Origin: Tricharina praecox
Lineage: Eukaryota
Assembly (NCBI RefSeq): GCF_024521635.1
Contig: NW_026250423.1
Location: 310,001 to 374,000, forward strand
DNA: 64,000 nt
Direction: 5' to 3'
Shown here: positions 38,391-51,567 of the stretch, piece by piece
How the letters are laid out: every line of letters begins with the position of its first letter
How positions within the stretch are numbered: position 1 is the first letter of the stretch
Notes under the pieces: model-generated
What the model saw: the letters and a program-made list of their open reading frames with translations, nothing else
The model's database searches: none
What the model was told of the DNA's origin: nothing
Made by a program: the position numbers and the translations under genes

Positions 38391-41300
38391 GGTTGCAAAT
38401 GTGGAGTCGATTCCAATAGACGGCCGTGAACAGTGTTCTTTCCTTCATGTACAGAATCCCAACTCGAGCTTTTGGTGATAGATGGGTGGGTGGGTGAGTG
38501 GGTGGGCGGGTGGATGAAGGGTGCGAGGTCTGATATACACATAGTAATCCATGGCACCAAAATGCATCCCCACCACGGCGCGGTAGCGTAGGAAACCTGC
38601 AACCACAACGATCGCAAACGGCATAGTGGTCTTCACCGCATTTATTCCCCTTGCAGATCATCGACTTGACGACAATGCTTCTACGTGGTGGGTTTGCAGC
38701 GGGCTGGAGGCGCAGTTCGTTGGAGTGCAATATTCGAACCACAAGCTCATCTCAGGGAATAGAACGGTGACTCTGGTCTGTGCGAGTCTCCAGCGGGCTG
38801 TCCACTTCCTGCCTGCCATCCTCTCCCGTACCGTAGCTGTGGAGACTGGAGTAGGTAAGTCTTTAGGTATGCAAGCAAGGCGCAGCTCATATTAATACTA
38901 TAATCAAGATATCCGTTCCGTCTCGATTCAACTAAGCGGCTGTGAAGGAATTCGAGTATAGTATTGTCAGCCCCGCTTTGGATCTGCCGTGGCCCGTGGT
39001 TACCAACTGGACTCTGGACTCTGGAGATTGTTGGCACTAACCAACCAATACTAATCACCGAAATAGTACTTTCGCTACAGGCATGGAGAGGATTTTCAAG
39101 GAAGATCGCCGGCCCTAACCCCCAGATTATCATGGATGATGCTTTGCAGGTTGTGACCGAGATACCGCTAGCTAGGTGATGCCGGTGAGCAACGGGGACG
39201 CGGCAATTGCAGGAGAGAGAGAGATCTGGAGACATCCGTCGATTATCACAGGCTAGCCAGTCAGCCTGCCAGAAGGGAAACAAGGTGTTTATCGAGGGGG
39301 TATGTACATCCGTCCGGGCTTCTGCCCTTTCAACCAGTCATCAGGAGCTGACCCACATCCCGCCATCACCACCAGTTTATGGCACAAAACTCGCATCATC
39401 CGCCAGAACGTATGCGCGAAACTACATACAGCGGTAGTTGGCTTGCGATTGCATCGTTGGTGCAGTCTTCCGGAGTGTATGCAGAACACCATCACCATAG
39501 GCCACCTGCGAGTGGGTGGGTGAGTGGATTGGAGGTGGGACTGTAATGCCGCGTCCGCCCGTCCACAGTCATCACTCCGTGTGTGGGTTGTTCCGAAGCC
39601 AATCGAGAAATGCCACCGAGCCGGTCCCTTACTTGCTTACGGTGACCCATCAGCCTGGTCATGAGGCATCTGGGCAGGTAAACACAAGAGGACTGGGCCA
39701 GAGAGCGGAAGATGGAGCAAGCCGTGGCCGTGGCCAGGGCCAGGCACATGGACATCCTTCCGCCGGCCTTGCTATTCTGAGATAGCCACACTGAGCTAAA
39801 TCATTCACCTGCTACGGAAGTAGGAGTCAGGAGTCAGGAGTCAGGACCTGTGGCGGAGGGCTAATATTAGCTATCTATACTCTCAGGCTCGCACACGTGT
39901 AACGGTGCCATGGAACACGCACCGAACAGTGTCAATATCGTTGCGCATCGATATGCCATGTCAACCAGGTCATATCGAACCGGGTACGGTCGAGGACATT
40001 TCACCTTGTGGCGGCCCCGGCAAACTCCAGAGCAACATTTGAACGGTAGGTAAGTGGGTGGGTAAGTGGGTATATGTTGCAATGATGGGGATAATGCAAG
40101 GAAGCCTCAATCAATGCACAGCCGCCGTCGCCGTCGCCGCCGCCTCCAACGATAGCCAAATGTGCAACCCCCACAGAGCACAGACGGCGAGAATCGAGAT
40201 GATACATAGGCCTTATGGCGCACGCGAGCACCTTCTCTCCAACCGTCCAACCGTCCAACGTGCATGCATGATACATGATACGTGATACACCCTGTACGGG
40301 AGGGAACAAATACAGCCGGCCACCATCTGCAAGCAGGCCTTGCCTTGCTTCGTCACACGCCGGATCGAATCACGGAGTTGTGCAGTATGGCGATGATGAT
40401 GATGGTAATAGTCTGCATGGGAAGTTAGGAACCTCTCCCGGCCCCATCCATCCATCCTGCAAGGTTCCATCCGGAAAGGAAGGCACTCTTGCGGGCTTCA
40501 TCGGCCGTCACTCTGTTTCATATCGACGCCTGAAATTGGAGTTTGCTGGTGGCCGGCCTTTATCTCCCCAGCTATGTACTCAATATCATACCGAAAATCC
40601 CACCGGAGCTCCGTCAGAGGCGTACTTCCGTTCCGACCACTACCACGGCAGTCCGCAGATGTTTTATGCTCACCGGCCTCCTAAAAACAAAAAAGATAGC
40701 ATCGCTCTGCCTGCGCCGAAAGATACGGATGCAATGCACATGCAACTCCCCGTCTCCACGTATAAACAACTCACAAGCATCAAGGAGATACAGGTCCGAC
40801 CCGATCCGAGCGACGGTTTTCGCCGTCCGAGTAGGCCTTGCAGTTGACGTGACGTGAGGCAGGAAGTACCGACACGATGCTGCAGTCGCTGGGTGGTGGA
40901 AGCTGCCTCGCAAGAATCCGACCGGCCTGGCGAGTACCGGTACATATGTCTCGATCACGATCATTTTTATCGCGGGCTGTACACTTCAGAGACAAATCCT
41001 CGGGTTGCCGTTGCATTGGCGTTAGTAACCGTAGGTTGCGGGTGGTTAGTGGTCAATGACTCAATTGTCACTGATGGATAGGACGCAAATACACACCAAA
41101 GCGTCTGAAATTATCAGCCTTTTCCCTCACTGACAATCTTTTCTTTCTGTGGTTTGTCCCCTCTTTCCACTCCTTCCCGCCCACAAATGAGCCCCATATT
41201 AATCCTTGCCGTACGAGCCTAAATTCTAGTCGGCCCAAGAGAGGATGGGAGCGAGGATCAAGAGATCTGCCGAGGCGCACGGTGATGATTCTACTACATG

Positions 41301-42884
41301 ACCGGGGGATATGTGGAAGAAAAGAAGTTGTATATAGAGCTTCCCATAATTCTCTAGAGTAGAGTACATATTTCACCAAGACACCAATCCTTTTGCAGCA
41401 ATTGACCACTCCACTCACAGTACCTGGAGATTATGTAACCTGCCTCTTCAAGGGTGAGGAACCTAAACGAGCGGCTGTAAGAGAGAGCACATCTCACATT
41501 CCACCTCGATTTCCTCGTCTACGCCACTCCACTGGCCTCTGGTATTGTTGCAGTTCGAGTAACACTTGAGCACCGTAGTAAAAAAAGGCGAAGCTGTCAA
41601 TCACATGGTGGCCGACTTGGGAATCATTGGTGGGTTACTTGTCCTCTATTCGAGCTTGTGATCAACAGACTGTTCCACATTCATCATTCATGATTAGTCT
41701 TGCCAGCCGAAGGCCCGAAGTCTATGTAAACAGTGTTTGGAATCAGCGCTCACGTGCACGTGGTGTCTCGCCAGACAGACAGACAACCAAACCAAGCAAT
41801 CAAAGCGGGGCTTCTGATTCGACTGGAAGCAGAAGTAGACGATCACCGGACGCCATGTGGGTCACAGATCGTGGCCTACGTACGTAGGAAGTATGTAAGA
41901 AGTAAGTACTTCGGTATGTCCACCAGTCTGGAGGTGAGTCAGCGCTGCACACCGCTATGTACGAATGTCCGATAACAAACAAACAATGGAGATCTTTCCT
42001 CTCCTCGACTTCGCCGACGCGGGGGGTTCAGTTTGCTTGAACGTACTGCCTAAGTAGTAGATACTTGCTTACTTATATGCCGATTGGTGGCTCGCTCTTC
42101 ACACCCCACCGATGATATGCATCGAGTTGCGGGGAGAAAAGACGTGCTCCCTCCCCCGCTCCTGCCCCATTTCGTTCCGGTCGGATCTCGAGTGATTGTT
42201 CATATCTTTTTCGTCAATTACGTGCGGTCTAGCTACATACTCCGATCATGGCAATAGAGTATAAACTTCCCTCCTCCTGTCTGCAGCCCAGCTCTGGCCC
42301 GGCACCACCCTTCCTCAACGCTCAGCTACCGCGGATAAATGCCAAAAGTTGGACTGGACCAGACCTTAGCGAGTGATATCAAAGGCATGCGCCAGTGCTG
42401 TGGGCCAATAGTACCGATATCTACTATCAACAGCGACAACTGATTGCCGGCATTAGCGCGCACGCATTCACAAACGAAAAAAAGAGATGCAGCTTCAAAT
42501 CCCGCAGCACTCGAATTCAGCGCGGGTCCGCATCATACAAGTACAAAGTACCTATCCTCTATCCTCCGTTTCGAAGTACAAGTTTCGAGCCATAGGCTAT
42601 TGCCCCACTTGTATCGACCTTCTTTCCGTTCACGCCACGTCATAAGACAACTTCCCTTCCCTTCTCTGGAAACTACATATGTAGAGTACATAGCGCTGTC
42701 GGTGGATCGCAAAGATGGCGCCCGCACTGCGTCCATTTAGTCTACATTGAGAAGGTAGATATGTAGGTGTTTCCTCCCGTCCTTCCCTTCCTACTTAAAC
42801 TCGCTACGGTACCGGTACTCTACGGCATACGACAAGTCCTCGTCGTTTTTTCACATACCCGCTCTAGACGAAGAGATATAAGAT

Positions 42885-43866
42885 CAGTGTTCTACATAGT
42901 CCGGACAGACGGACTGGGCGGGTTCAGTCTAGTCCCTTCTGTTCCTTTTAGAGGATGGGATAAAAGTAGGTAGTCCGTCCCGTACGTCGTTTCGCTGGAC
43001 GGGGCTGGACTGCAGCCCGGCAGTGAAAAAAAGTTCCAATCTTTTCAGCACATACCCGAGCAAATATGACAGTAGAACTCTTCCAGCTATTGTGTGAACA
43101 GCCCATGGCCAGTGTTCTCCTGGTCCGGTCCAGACTGCAGTCCGGACGGGACGGACTCTCAAGATCCAGTTCCGTCCGTGCCTTTTTGAGGACGGGATAA
43201 AAGTAGTCCGTCCCGTCCGCCAATTTGCTAGACGGGGCTCAACTGCAGTCGACTGCAGTCCTTTCCGTCCGACCTTACTGGTGGATTAGTCCGTCCCACA
43301 GACACCTCCAGACGGACTGGATGTATGTAGTCCAGTCCCGTCCAGGATCCGGACGGACTGGACTGGACTATGGAGAACACTAGAACAACCTACACCACAA
43401 CACAGATAAATTTTATCATAAGGCACTGGAGGAAACGTGGAAGACTTCTTACTGGGGGTAGTTACAGTTAGGCTCACCCTGAGGTGGGGTGGAAACGGCC
43501 AGTGGCAGCATGAGGATCTGCTGCCAGATGGACAACCATTAAGTCTATGGGACTGAAAGTATCTGGCTCCCAGCCAATATAATGAGAGCATTAGCATGAT
43601 GGGCCGCTTTCACCTTTCGGGGACCGAGTTGTTGAAGTTGTTCAAATTTATCTGTTGAAATTGTTGGAACCAAAATCGAGTGACCTTGCGCGAATGGCTC
43701 TAAACAACCTCACTGACCATTCTTGGCAGTCGACTTCAGTCCGCCCCATCCGACTTTACCGGCGGACTAGTTCGTCCAGCACATACTTCCGGACGGACTA
43801 GGTAGATGAATGTAGTCCAATCCCGTCCAATGGCTCGGACGGACTGGACTGTCATGTAGAACGCTG
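42885..43866. mobile_element. Older copy of the same MITE family, split by an insertion into a left half (42885 to ~43016) and a right half (~43727 to 43866)
   Basis: Starts CAGTGTTCTACAT and ends ATGTAGAACGCTG (inverted, one mismatch). Both halves align by eye with the two halves of the 43110-43382 copy. No TSD is preserved. Confidence 0.65.
43110..43382. mobile_element. MITE copy (~273 bp) nested in the older copy, inverted relative to 35766-35968
   Basis: Ends CAGTGTTCTCC...TATGGAGAACACTA. Internal CCGTCCGTGCCTTTTTGAGGACGGGATAAAAGTAGTCCGTCCCGTCCG and GTCCGACCTTACTGGTGGA are near-exact reverse complements of segments within 35820-35890. Confidence 0.85.
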
Positions 43867-44517
43867 CACGGGAATCTCTACTGGTTTCACATTGAGAGAT
43901 GTCAAATGACCTTGCTTAGTATTTGCTGACGTAAATCCGGAAAATTATTCCTTCGATGTGCTGATGAACCGAGGAGCTTTGGCCGTTGAAAACCGCCGGT
44001 TCCAGATCGTTCCACGGGTTACAAAGTAGGCAACTTCTGATTGCATGCTTGTGGATGAAAAGCCTTTGAACACCACAGCGTGATTCAAGTCGGTGCTGAG
44101 ATGTGAGGTTCTTTGTCTTCGTTCATTATTGGTTTCTTATAACCTATCTAGCTCATGGCAATGTATGTACACTGTTCCCACCGTCCAGTTTTCCCTTGTC
44201 TACGTCAGTGAGCCGGCTTGCTGCAACGCCATCGTCTGTGATGTGAAGTTGAATTATCGTGAGCATTGATGGGTGGCCACCGAGTGACATCCCGTGCTTG
44301 GACGCACAGCCCACGAGCATGAGCTCTTGTGGCATGTGCGCGTCAAAATAATCATGCCATCCGGCCGGTGCTTAGCCAATTATGTCTGTCTTATCGTTTA
44401 TCGAGTCTTTCCGCTCACAGGCAAAGCCAAAAGAACAACCCTAATCCTGATTCCAGGCAGCAGTAGCGCCGGAGATAATCGGATAAAATATCATGCCGAG
44501 ACCTCGTCCTCATCATG

Positions 44518-44632
44518 ATGAGTCGACATCGCCTCTGCACGTGATCGACACTCTTGCCAGCCAATCAAAGGCCCCGGATGACTCCACTTTCTGCAGGCGC
44601 AGCAATGCTGTGGAACGTAAGCTGATGACTTA
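44518..44632 (+). promoter_or_regulatory. Cluster of AP-1/GCRE-like sites plus an E-box and CCAAT upstream of the bZIP gene
   Basis: ATGAGTCG at 44518, CACGTG at 44538, CCAAT at 44561, ATGACTCC at 44578 and ATGACTTA at 44625. Confidence 0.45.
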
Positions 44633-44899
44633 GCCTCGCTCCCGCAGTCAAGGCTTGTTCACTCACAATGATATTTAGTAGACTCACTCCCGCTCTTCAC
44701 ATCCCTCTTGCCCCCCCTCCAGAACAACACCATCACTAGACGGCCATCCACGTTGTCTTTCTCCCCCCTTCCCACGCCCCTGTGCGTCTGCTTTTCTCGC
44801 CACCTCCTAACGACCCGCCAACTGCGGAGGTCATAAACTCCGCACCCCGAGCACCCCCGTGTCTTCATCGCCTTCAGCGATCCCTAATCAATTTGCGAA

Positions 44900-45940
44900 A
44901 TGTCTCACTGTTAGTCCCCAACTTCTCGCCCATCCTCCTCCTCTCACTCATATTGACCCCGTCGTCTGTAGTCAACTCGGCTGCTCGGACCAGCAAACTC
45001 AACGCGGGCGGCATTCCAAGCGAACCCAAGTACTCAACCGTGGACTAATCATCACGACGAGCACTTTCCCCTCGACTTGGACCTCGACCTCGGCACTGAT
45101 CTAAACTTCGATCTCGACTTCGGACAACAAGAACTCGACGGATTCCATCACGATAACACTTTCTTTGGCTTTGACTTCCCGCTTTTCGACCGCGTAAACA
45201 ACGACACGGTTGACCAGCTTCTCGAGAAGTCAATTTTTGACGACCCGGCCCTCAGTAGCATCATCACCCCGACTCCGACCACCCCCGACATCTCCCTCGA
45301 TTCGTACCTCAACCTCCCCCCCACCACCGCCACCGCAGCAGACGACTTCCTCGAAGCAACGCTGTCCTCCACCATAACAATCCCCCCCCACACCACCACG
45401 CGGCAGCAAAAGACTCCTTCCCCGGACGCCTCCCAGGGCTCCGAGGAGTCTACTCCTACCGCGACCACACCCTCCCGCAATGTCCTAACACCACCGCCCG
45501 CCTTCGCGGACCAGCTGACCCCACCGCGCTCCACCGCCACTTCGACCTCCACCTTCCGACTACCCACGCCGCCCTCCACGCTCCCTACGCTCCCCCTCTT
45601 CCCGCCGCTCGGGCACTCCCTGCCCACCTCCACGCTCTCCCCCGAGTCCTCCACCTCTTCGCGCAAGCGCAGAGCCAGCTTCACCCCGCTCTCGCCGCGC
45701 CCAAAGGAGCTGGTCGAAACAGACATCCACAGCTCCGACGACGACAAGGACAAGCGCCGCAAGCGGAATACTGCCGCCGCGAGACGGTACAGGCAGAAGA
45801 AGCAGGACCGCATGAAGGAGCTGGAGGACGAGCTCAATGAGGTCCGTAAACGGGAGGAGATCTGGAAGGCCGAGGCTCTCAAGCAGCGCATGGAGGCTGA
45901 GAAGTGGTTCGAAATGTGGACGCTTTGTAAGGGGAAGTAA
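44900..45940 (+). CDS. bZIP transcription factor, JlbA/IDI-4-like (Gcn4/ATF4-related). The start is ambiguous: AUG 44900 with intron 44910-44993 (318 aa), or a non-AUG start such as TTG 45077.
   Basis: C-terminal basic region KRRKRNTAAARRYRQKKQDRMKELEDEL plus zipper, and an acidic Phe-rich activation-like N-terminus. The frame is open from 44972, but its first in-frame ATG is at 45812. Confidence 0.82.
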
Positions 45941-46847
45941 TTGTAAACTGGTGGCGAATAGGATGGGTTGCGGTAGCGGATTGCGGTAGTGGATTGGTGT
46001 TTTCTTTTTCACTCTTGTTTTTGTCTTCTGATGCTTCTTTATTTCCTTGACGTTTGAAATCATAAAATGATACCTAGCAAGAGGCTTGCTACTTATTCTT
46101 GAACTCTTCTTTGTCTAGGTGCGTCTGTATGTACATGATAGCTCTGCCGCCTATGCATACCTCCACCCTCAAGAATCGCGAGTTGTGACCCCGGATCCCT
46201 CCTCACTATCTGACACCTGCAGCCCTATGTGCCAGCCCTGATGCCCATCTCCGCCAGAACCGCTAATCACCATCACGACCAACCAACCACCCAAGCACAG
46301 CAATCCCCCCCTCCAAGTGCCCACTTCACACCATCGTCCATAACCCATAAAACATCGTCCCATTCAATTTCCACCATGACCTCCGGGCTTAGCATAAGTA
46401 GAGTATCATACAATACATAACATACATACAAAAAGACACATCAGCGTACATACATGTATAGAGTAGAACAAAACAAAGAGACAGCCTATCCTCCCCACCC
46501 AGTGACCCATCTCACCAAGCGTTTTTGCCATATCGATCATCCCCCATTCCTTTTCCATCCCAGCCCTTAGCCAACAGCCAGCAGCCAACAGTAAGTAGTC
46601 CCTAAAAGTCAAGTGGGTAAGAAGTAAAGAAGTAAAGTTCATCCCGGCACCTTGAATGAAGAGAAGAGAAGAGAAGGAAAGAAACATGATCGATTTACAT
46701 GTTGAAGTAAACTCGGGGAAAAAATGGAAAAGAGGAAAAGAGGAGAAAAAACATCATTCACAGCTACCCTATCCGCCCGCCATTCAATTCAAATCAATTC
46801 ATACTTACTTGACTCATCATCCACATCATCGCATTGCATTTCGACCA

Positions 46848-49382
46848 TCAACTCCTCCCCACCTCCTGCAACAACTCCCCGAACCCGCTCGCGCCCCACT
46901 GTTTGTACATCCACACGCCGACCACGCCGACGAGGCCTCCCAGCCCCGCAATCTTGATCATGACCAGCACCTTATGCCCGACGGTTTCATTGATCTGCAG
47001 AATACCGAACGGATCGCGGGTGTCGACTCCGCCGTTCATATTCCTGCGGCCGTCGCTGCGGCGGAAGCCCGCCGCCTTGCCGCCGTTGCCGCTGCTGCCA
47101 CCGCCGACGGTGATGGGAACTAGTTGGCCGTCCGAAATGCATTCGCCGAGACGCTCAGTGAGCCAGACTGCGCGGTCGCCACGAGCGAGCCGCTCGTATC
47201 GCTCGCGCTCGGCGGCGAGACTTTTCTGCAGGTCGTTGGCCCACCGTGAGAGCCGCACTTGGGCGAGGCGCTCTTCGCGTTGCGTGTGGTCGGCGACTCG
47301 GGCGAGGGTGAAACTATCTGCCGCGCCGCTGGAAGCTCGGTCACGGTTGAACTGGACCAGCGTTCCCTGGGCTGAGTAGCTACGGGGCGGTGTCGAGGGT
47401 CGTCCTGGTGAGCCAATTTGGCGGGTGGTGATCAGTTGAGCGGCGCTCTTGTTCATTCGCCATTGCATCCATTTCTTGGCTGTTGAGTGCTTGAGCCACG
47501 CAACATTTTCCGGGTCGAACACCAAGTCTACCAGTAGCTTGAGCTCGGTGTCTATCAGCGGCGGTATGTACTCTGGTGACATCAAAACGCTGGCATCCAT
47601 GTTTTCGGAATCCGACGACACTATCGAAGAGATCGCAAACGGTGCGGTGACCGTCGGCATTTCACCCTCCGAGTTGAAGGCAGCGCTTCGCAGGATATCG
47701 GATGATGACGCCCCAAACAAGAATGGGTGAACACCGTTCGATCGAAGATCGCCAAGTATGGATAGCTTCAAACTAGTCACTTGCTGAAGCGTCAAAGTGT
47801 CGGCTTTGGCAATGACGGGGATGATATTGGTGAATGGCGAGAGCCGGCGCATGAATTCCACGTCAACGGGTTTAAGTCCTGCATGAGCCGTCAGCAAAGG
47901 CACCATCAGGAGGAGTCACGGGGCACCAGACTATGCAGTATCACATAAAACACAACATCAACATGAGGAGCGCCTCCTCCGGAGAGCAACGACATCAGCT
48001 CAGCTTCCCCATTGGTGATGATTGACTGCGTCCGGTCGAACTGTGCCTCCACATAGCGTACAACGGGCTCGATGCATTCGAGAAACTGCAACGGGTTCCG
48101 TCAATATACGTCATCGCATAATAATATAGTGCTGCAGCAAACGAAAACATGTGAAAGGGACCTGCAAGAGTGGTTCGAGTGGTGAAAGCGAAAGGGGAAT
48201 GGCTTACCGATGTTCCAGAACCGTAGCCAGGCGTATCCTAAGCAATGTTAAAACACTTACCCAGGAGCTGGATACTGAGGCCAAATACCACAAAGCACAA
48301 ATTTCGTTCGATCACTTGTTCTTCTATGCCACGGGACTTTCTTCGGCGGAGGACTTTGTTATCGTCGATCTCGCTCCACCACTGAGGGTATGGCCGCGTA
48401 GAAGCATAAACCTCTGTGATCTTCTTTGTGCACTCCTCTGCTCCTCCACTCCTTCTGCTGCTGTGCCGCGTAGAGATATTGTGCGTCGTTACGGGATCCA
48501 CATGCACGATATCTTCGCAAGTCTGAACGATGCTCTTGATCAGCGACGTCTTTCCGATACCTAAGACACCCAGTCAGCCGTTGGCGCCGAGATATCGCAA
48601 CGCATGATATGGCTACCAGAATCTCCAGCAATCAAAATCTTAAGCTTCCCTATCCGCTTTCCCTTCTCCGTAAAGGGCCGCCGACTTGGAATGACGATCT
48701 GCGGCATGATAAGCTGCGGCCCTCCGCCGCCAAAAAAGCCGTCACCGCCATCACTAGTGCTTCGGCTCCGCGACGCGACCGGGCTTCCGACGATAGGGCT
48801 GGGCGAGATGCTTGGACCCAGCATCGGCGTCAACGGCACGCTCATGTTTGTCTTTGGCGAGGGCACGCTCGACATGAAGTCCTGGTTCGCAGTACTCAAC
48901 GAAGCCATGCTATGGGTGTCGAGTCTGTCCAAAACCCCGTCCTCGTCTTGATCCTCCAGTTCTTCTTCAACTTCCACCTCCTCTGTTGTTGTTGTTGTCG
49001 CCGCCGCCACCGGTGCTACTACTGGTGCGGGACTGTTCCGTCTACTATTGCCACCCCTGAGCTCCGAGTCGGAAACGGAGGCCTGCAAGCTGCGCACGCC
49101 AAACGTAGACGAGCTCGCGTTGGAGGACATGGATGCGGACACGGAGGTAGAGGTAGAGGTAGACGCAGACGCGGACGCGGACGCGGGAAGAAGCGACGCA
49201 GCTGTAGCTGTCGCGGCTTGCACCGTAGCTTCGTCCGCGAGGAAATACATCATCGGCGGGGAGTGGTCGCGGTCACGGTCTCGGTCGTCGGCTGTAGCGG
49301 GTGCGTCGGAATATTTCCTCGGGCGCGAGACGCCCTGGATCGCGGCGTCGGCCGAGGAGGTCGTGGTGGTGGCCGGCCTCAT
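46848..49382 (-). CDS. Septin-like P-loop GTPase with a C-terminal transmembrane segment. Introns 48616-48561, 48288-48238, 48207-48086 and 47931-47879.
   Basis: Spliced motifs: G1 KILIAGDSG|IGKT, G3 LCFV|DTPGYG, HVDVVFY, R-LKPVDVEFMRRL and G4 NIIPVIAKAD. Hydrophobic tail VLVMIKIAGLGGLVGVVGVWMY. Confidence 0.85.
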
Positions 49383-51567
49383 CGATTCGGGAGGGAGGGA
49401 GGATTCGCGATAAGGTGCTGGTGCTGGTGGTGGCGGTGGTAGTGCTGCTGGTGGTGGTCGCTATGCTTGGAGCTGGGCTACCTACTGGATGGCTGGGGTG
49501 GGGTTGTTTGCTTAGGAGTGTGGGTGGTGGTGGATGAGCTGGGAGTGAATAAAGTTGTAGAGTACGACAAGCTCCCCTTGTGGTTTTGGGGAACCTGGCA
49601 GCTTTGCTTTCTTCCGCCTGATCCAGACAGATGTCGTCGTCTGTTATTCGTCGTTCGCGCACGACAAGGGAATAAGCGGACAGAGCTTGATTCGGTAGAG
49701 TAGAGCTATTGTAAGGTGTTAAGTAAGCATTTACTTACTTTGAGCATGTAGGTACCTGCTGGGCACAGTGACAGGCCACGGCGGAGCTCGAAGGGATAGC
49801 TATTTTTATTTACTCTGGGAAGGGATATGCGTGAGGAAAGTGGAAAGTGGAGAATCGAATGCGGAGTCGAGATGGGACAGATGGGCGTCCACGAAACTGT
49901 TGACGTTACTACTGATTCCGTCTTCCCTGTGGTTGGTGAGGTGGATCGCGGATAGTAGAGTAGGACTGGATGCACAGGGCAGGTGTGCAGAGTAGAGTGG
50001 AGTGCGTAGGAGAGATGCAGGTAACGCAAGTTACGCAACGTTGAGGAGCCCGACCCGTGCAGAGCCGTCAAATGAGTTACGGAAATCGAACGGAGCGCTG
50101 TTGACGCTCTCAGCGCACTGCGCTGCGGAATCGGGTCACTAATAGCCAGCGGTCAGCAGACACCGGCTGATTGCGGCCCTCGCCTCAAAAAGGTTGGGAT
50201 GTCCAGGGAACTCACCGCCGTATGTACCCTCGGCGACGTGGGGGACTACTCAACAATACGGTAGAGTCATATTGGCATGGAATGGAGTCAAAGATTGTTG
50301 AATGGGGCGTGGGAGGGGCATTCAGCACTTGGTGCGCTAAAACCAAACATTCCAAGATCACATTCCATCACTCGCTGGTCACGTGATGCTGGTCTTGTGA
50401 CCTCTGCTGATCCCGTTCGGTGAGCGCTGCAGATCACGGAGGGAAAGTGTAAAAAAAATTATGGTGTGCACATCGGACGCGTGCTAGAGCTGCCAAGGCA
50501 AAGCTAGTGGTGGGGCTGAGAGCCCGTGATCTGGAGTACCTAGAGCACCTACCACGATAGTTCGTGTTCAGCTTCCTCTTCCTCTCTCCATCTGTCATCC
50601 ATTTCTCCATGCGGTTTCTCCTTCAACGCTCTCCCAAGGCTGAACTCGTTCACTGCCAACCTTGCACTATTCTACAGGACCTGTCTCTGCTCAATGGCAG
50701 TTATACGTATTATACAGAGTGCCCGTCGAAAACACCTACTCGCTGAAGTCGAGCGGCCATGAGAGACCTGGACCCACAGAGTGATGGTGTGGTGCAGTTC
50801 AAGCCTCAAGGCGAGAAATCCTCCACATTATGATGCCGACACTGAACACAGCAGCAGCATTTCGGGACACCCATCGTCACTGGATTAGCTACGTGCTTCT
50901 CAACGCGTTGAGAACCTCCCGGGCCCGCAAGTCTCCAGCACACACTGGAGCCACTACACTATTCAGAGGATACCTATGGTCCTCTCAGGCTCAGCGGCGT
51001 ACCTTTTTTCAGTTCTTCCGTGGCCCGTGGGCAGGATATAGTCTATGGTGTCTTTCCTGTCGTTGTCGTCCGGTGGGCGGACGGATACCTACTGTCACGA
51101 GCAGAAACGAAAATACGCCCTCCAGGCTATCGGGCCAATAGCTGAATAGCCATTCCATCCCATACTATATTTTCGGGCAGTCGAGAGGGTGGGATCGACG
51201 GCGGGGCCTGTGACTCTGTGATGGTGATCCCTAGTATCGGTTGAGACACAGGAAGAGTGCTTAGGGAGTTGATTGTTTTGGGGTTTTTCTGCTGGAGTTT
51301 TTTGGGACGTGTATAGTTAGTACCTACGGTAATCGTTGACCTTGCTGCTGCTTCGGGCGTCAAATGGAGATCATCGAGAGGGTTGCCCCACCTCGAATAT
51401 CACGGCCCGTTCGTTTATTTCCATTTCCAGGGTGGCAACTACTTCCCATTCATACAGCATCGGTCCAGAGAGCGAACCATAACTCATGAAAAAACACCGA
51501 CTTGATTGATTTTGTCCGCATCCACATCATTCCATCCGCTTTTGCCTCACCCCACCCCCCATCAACA

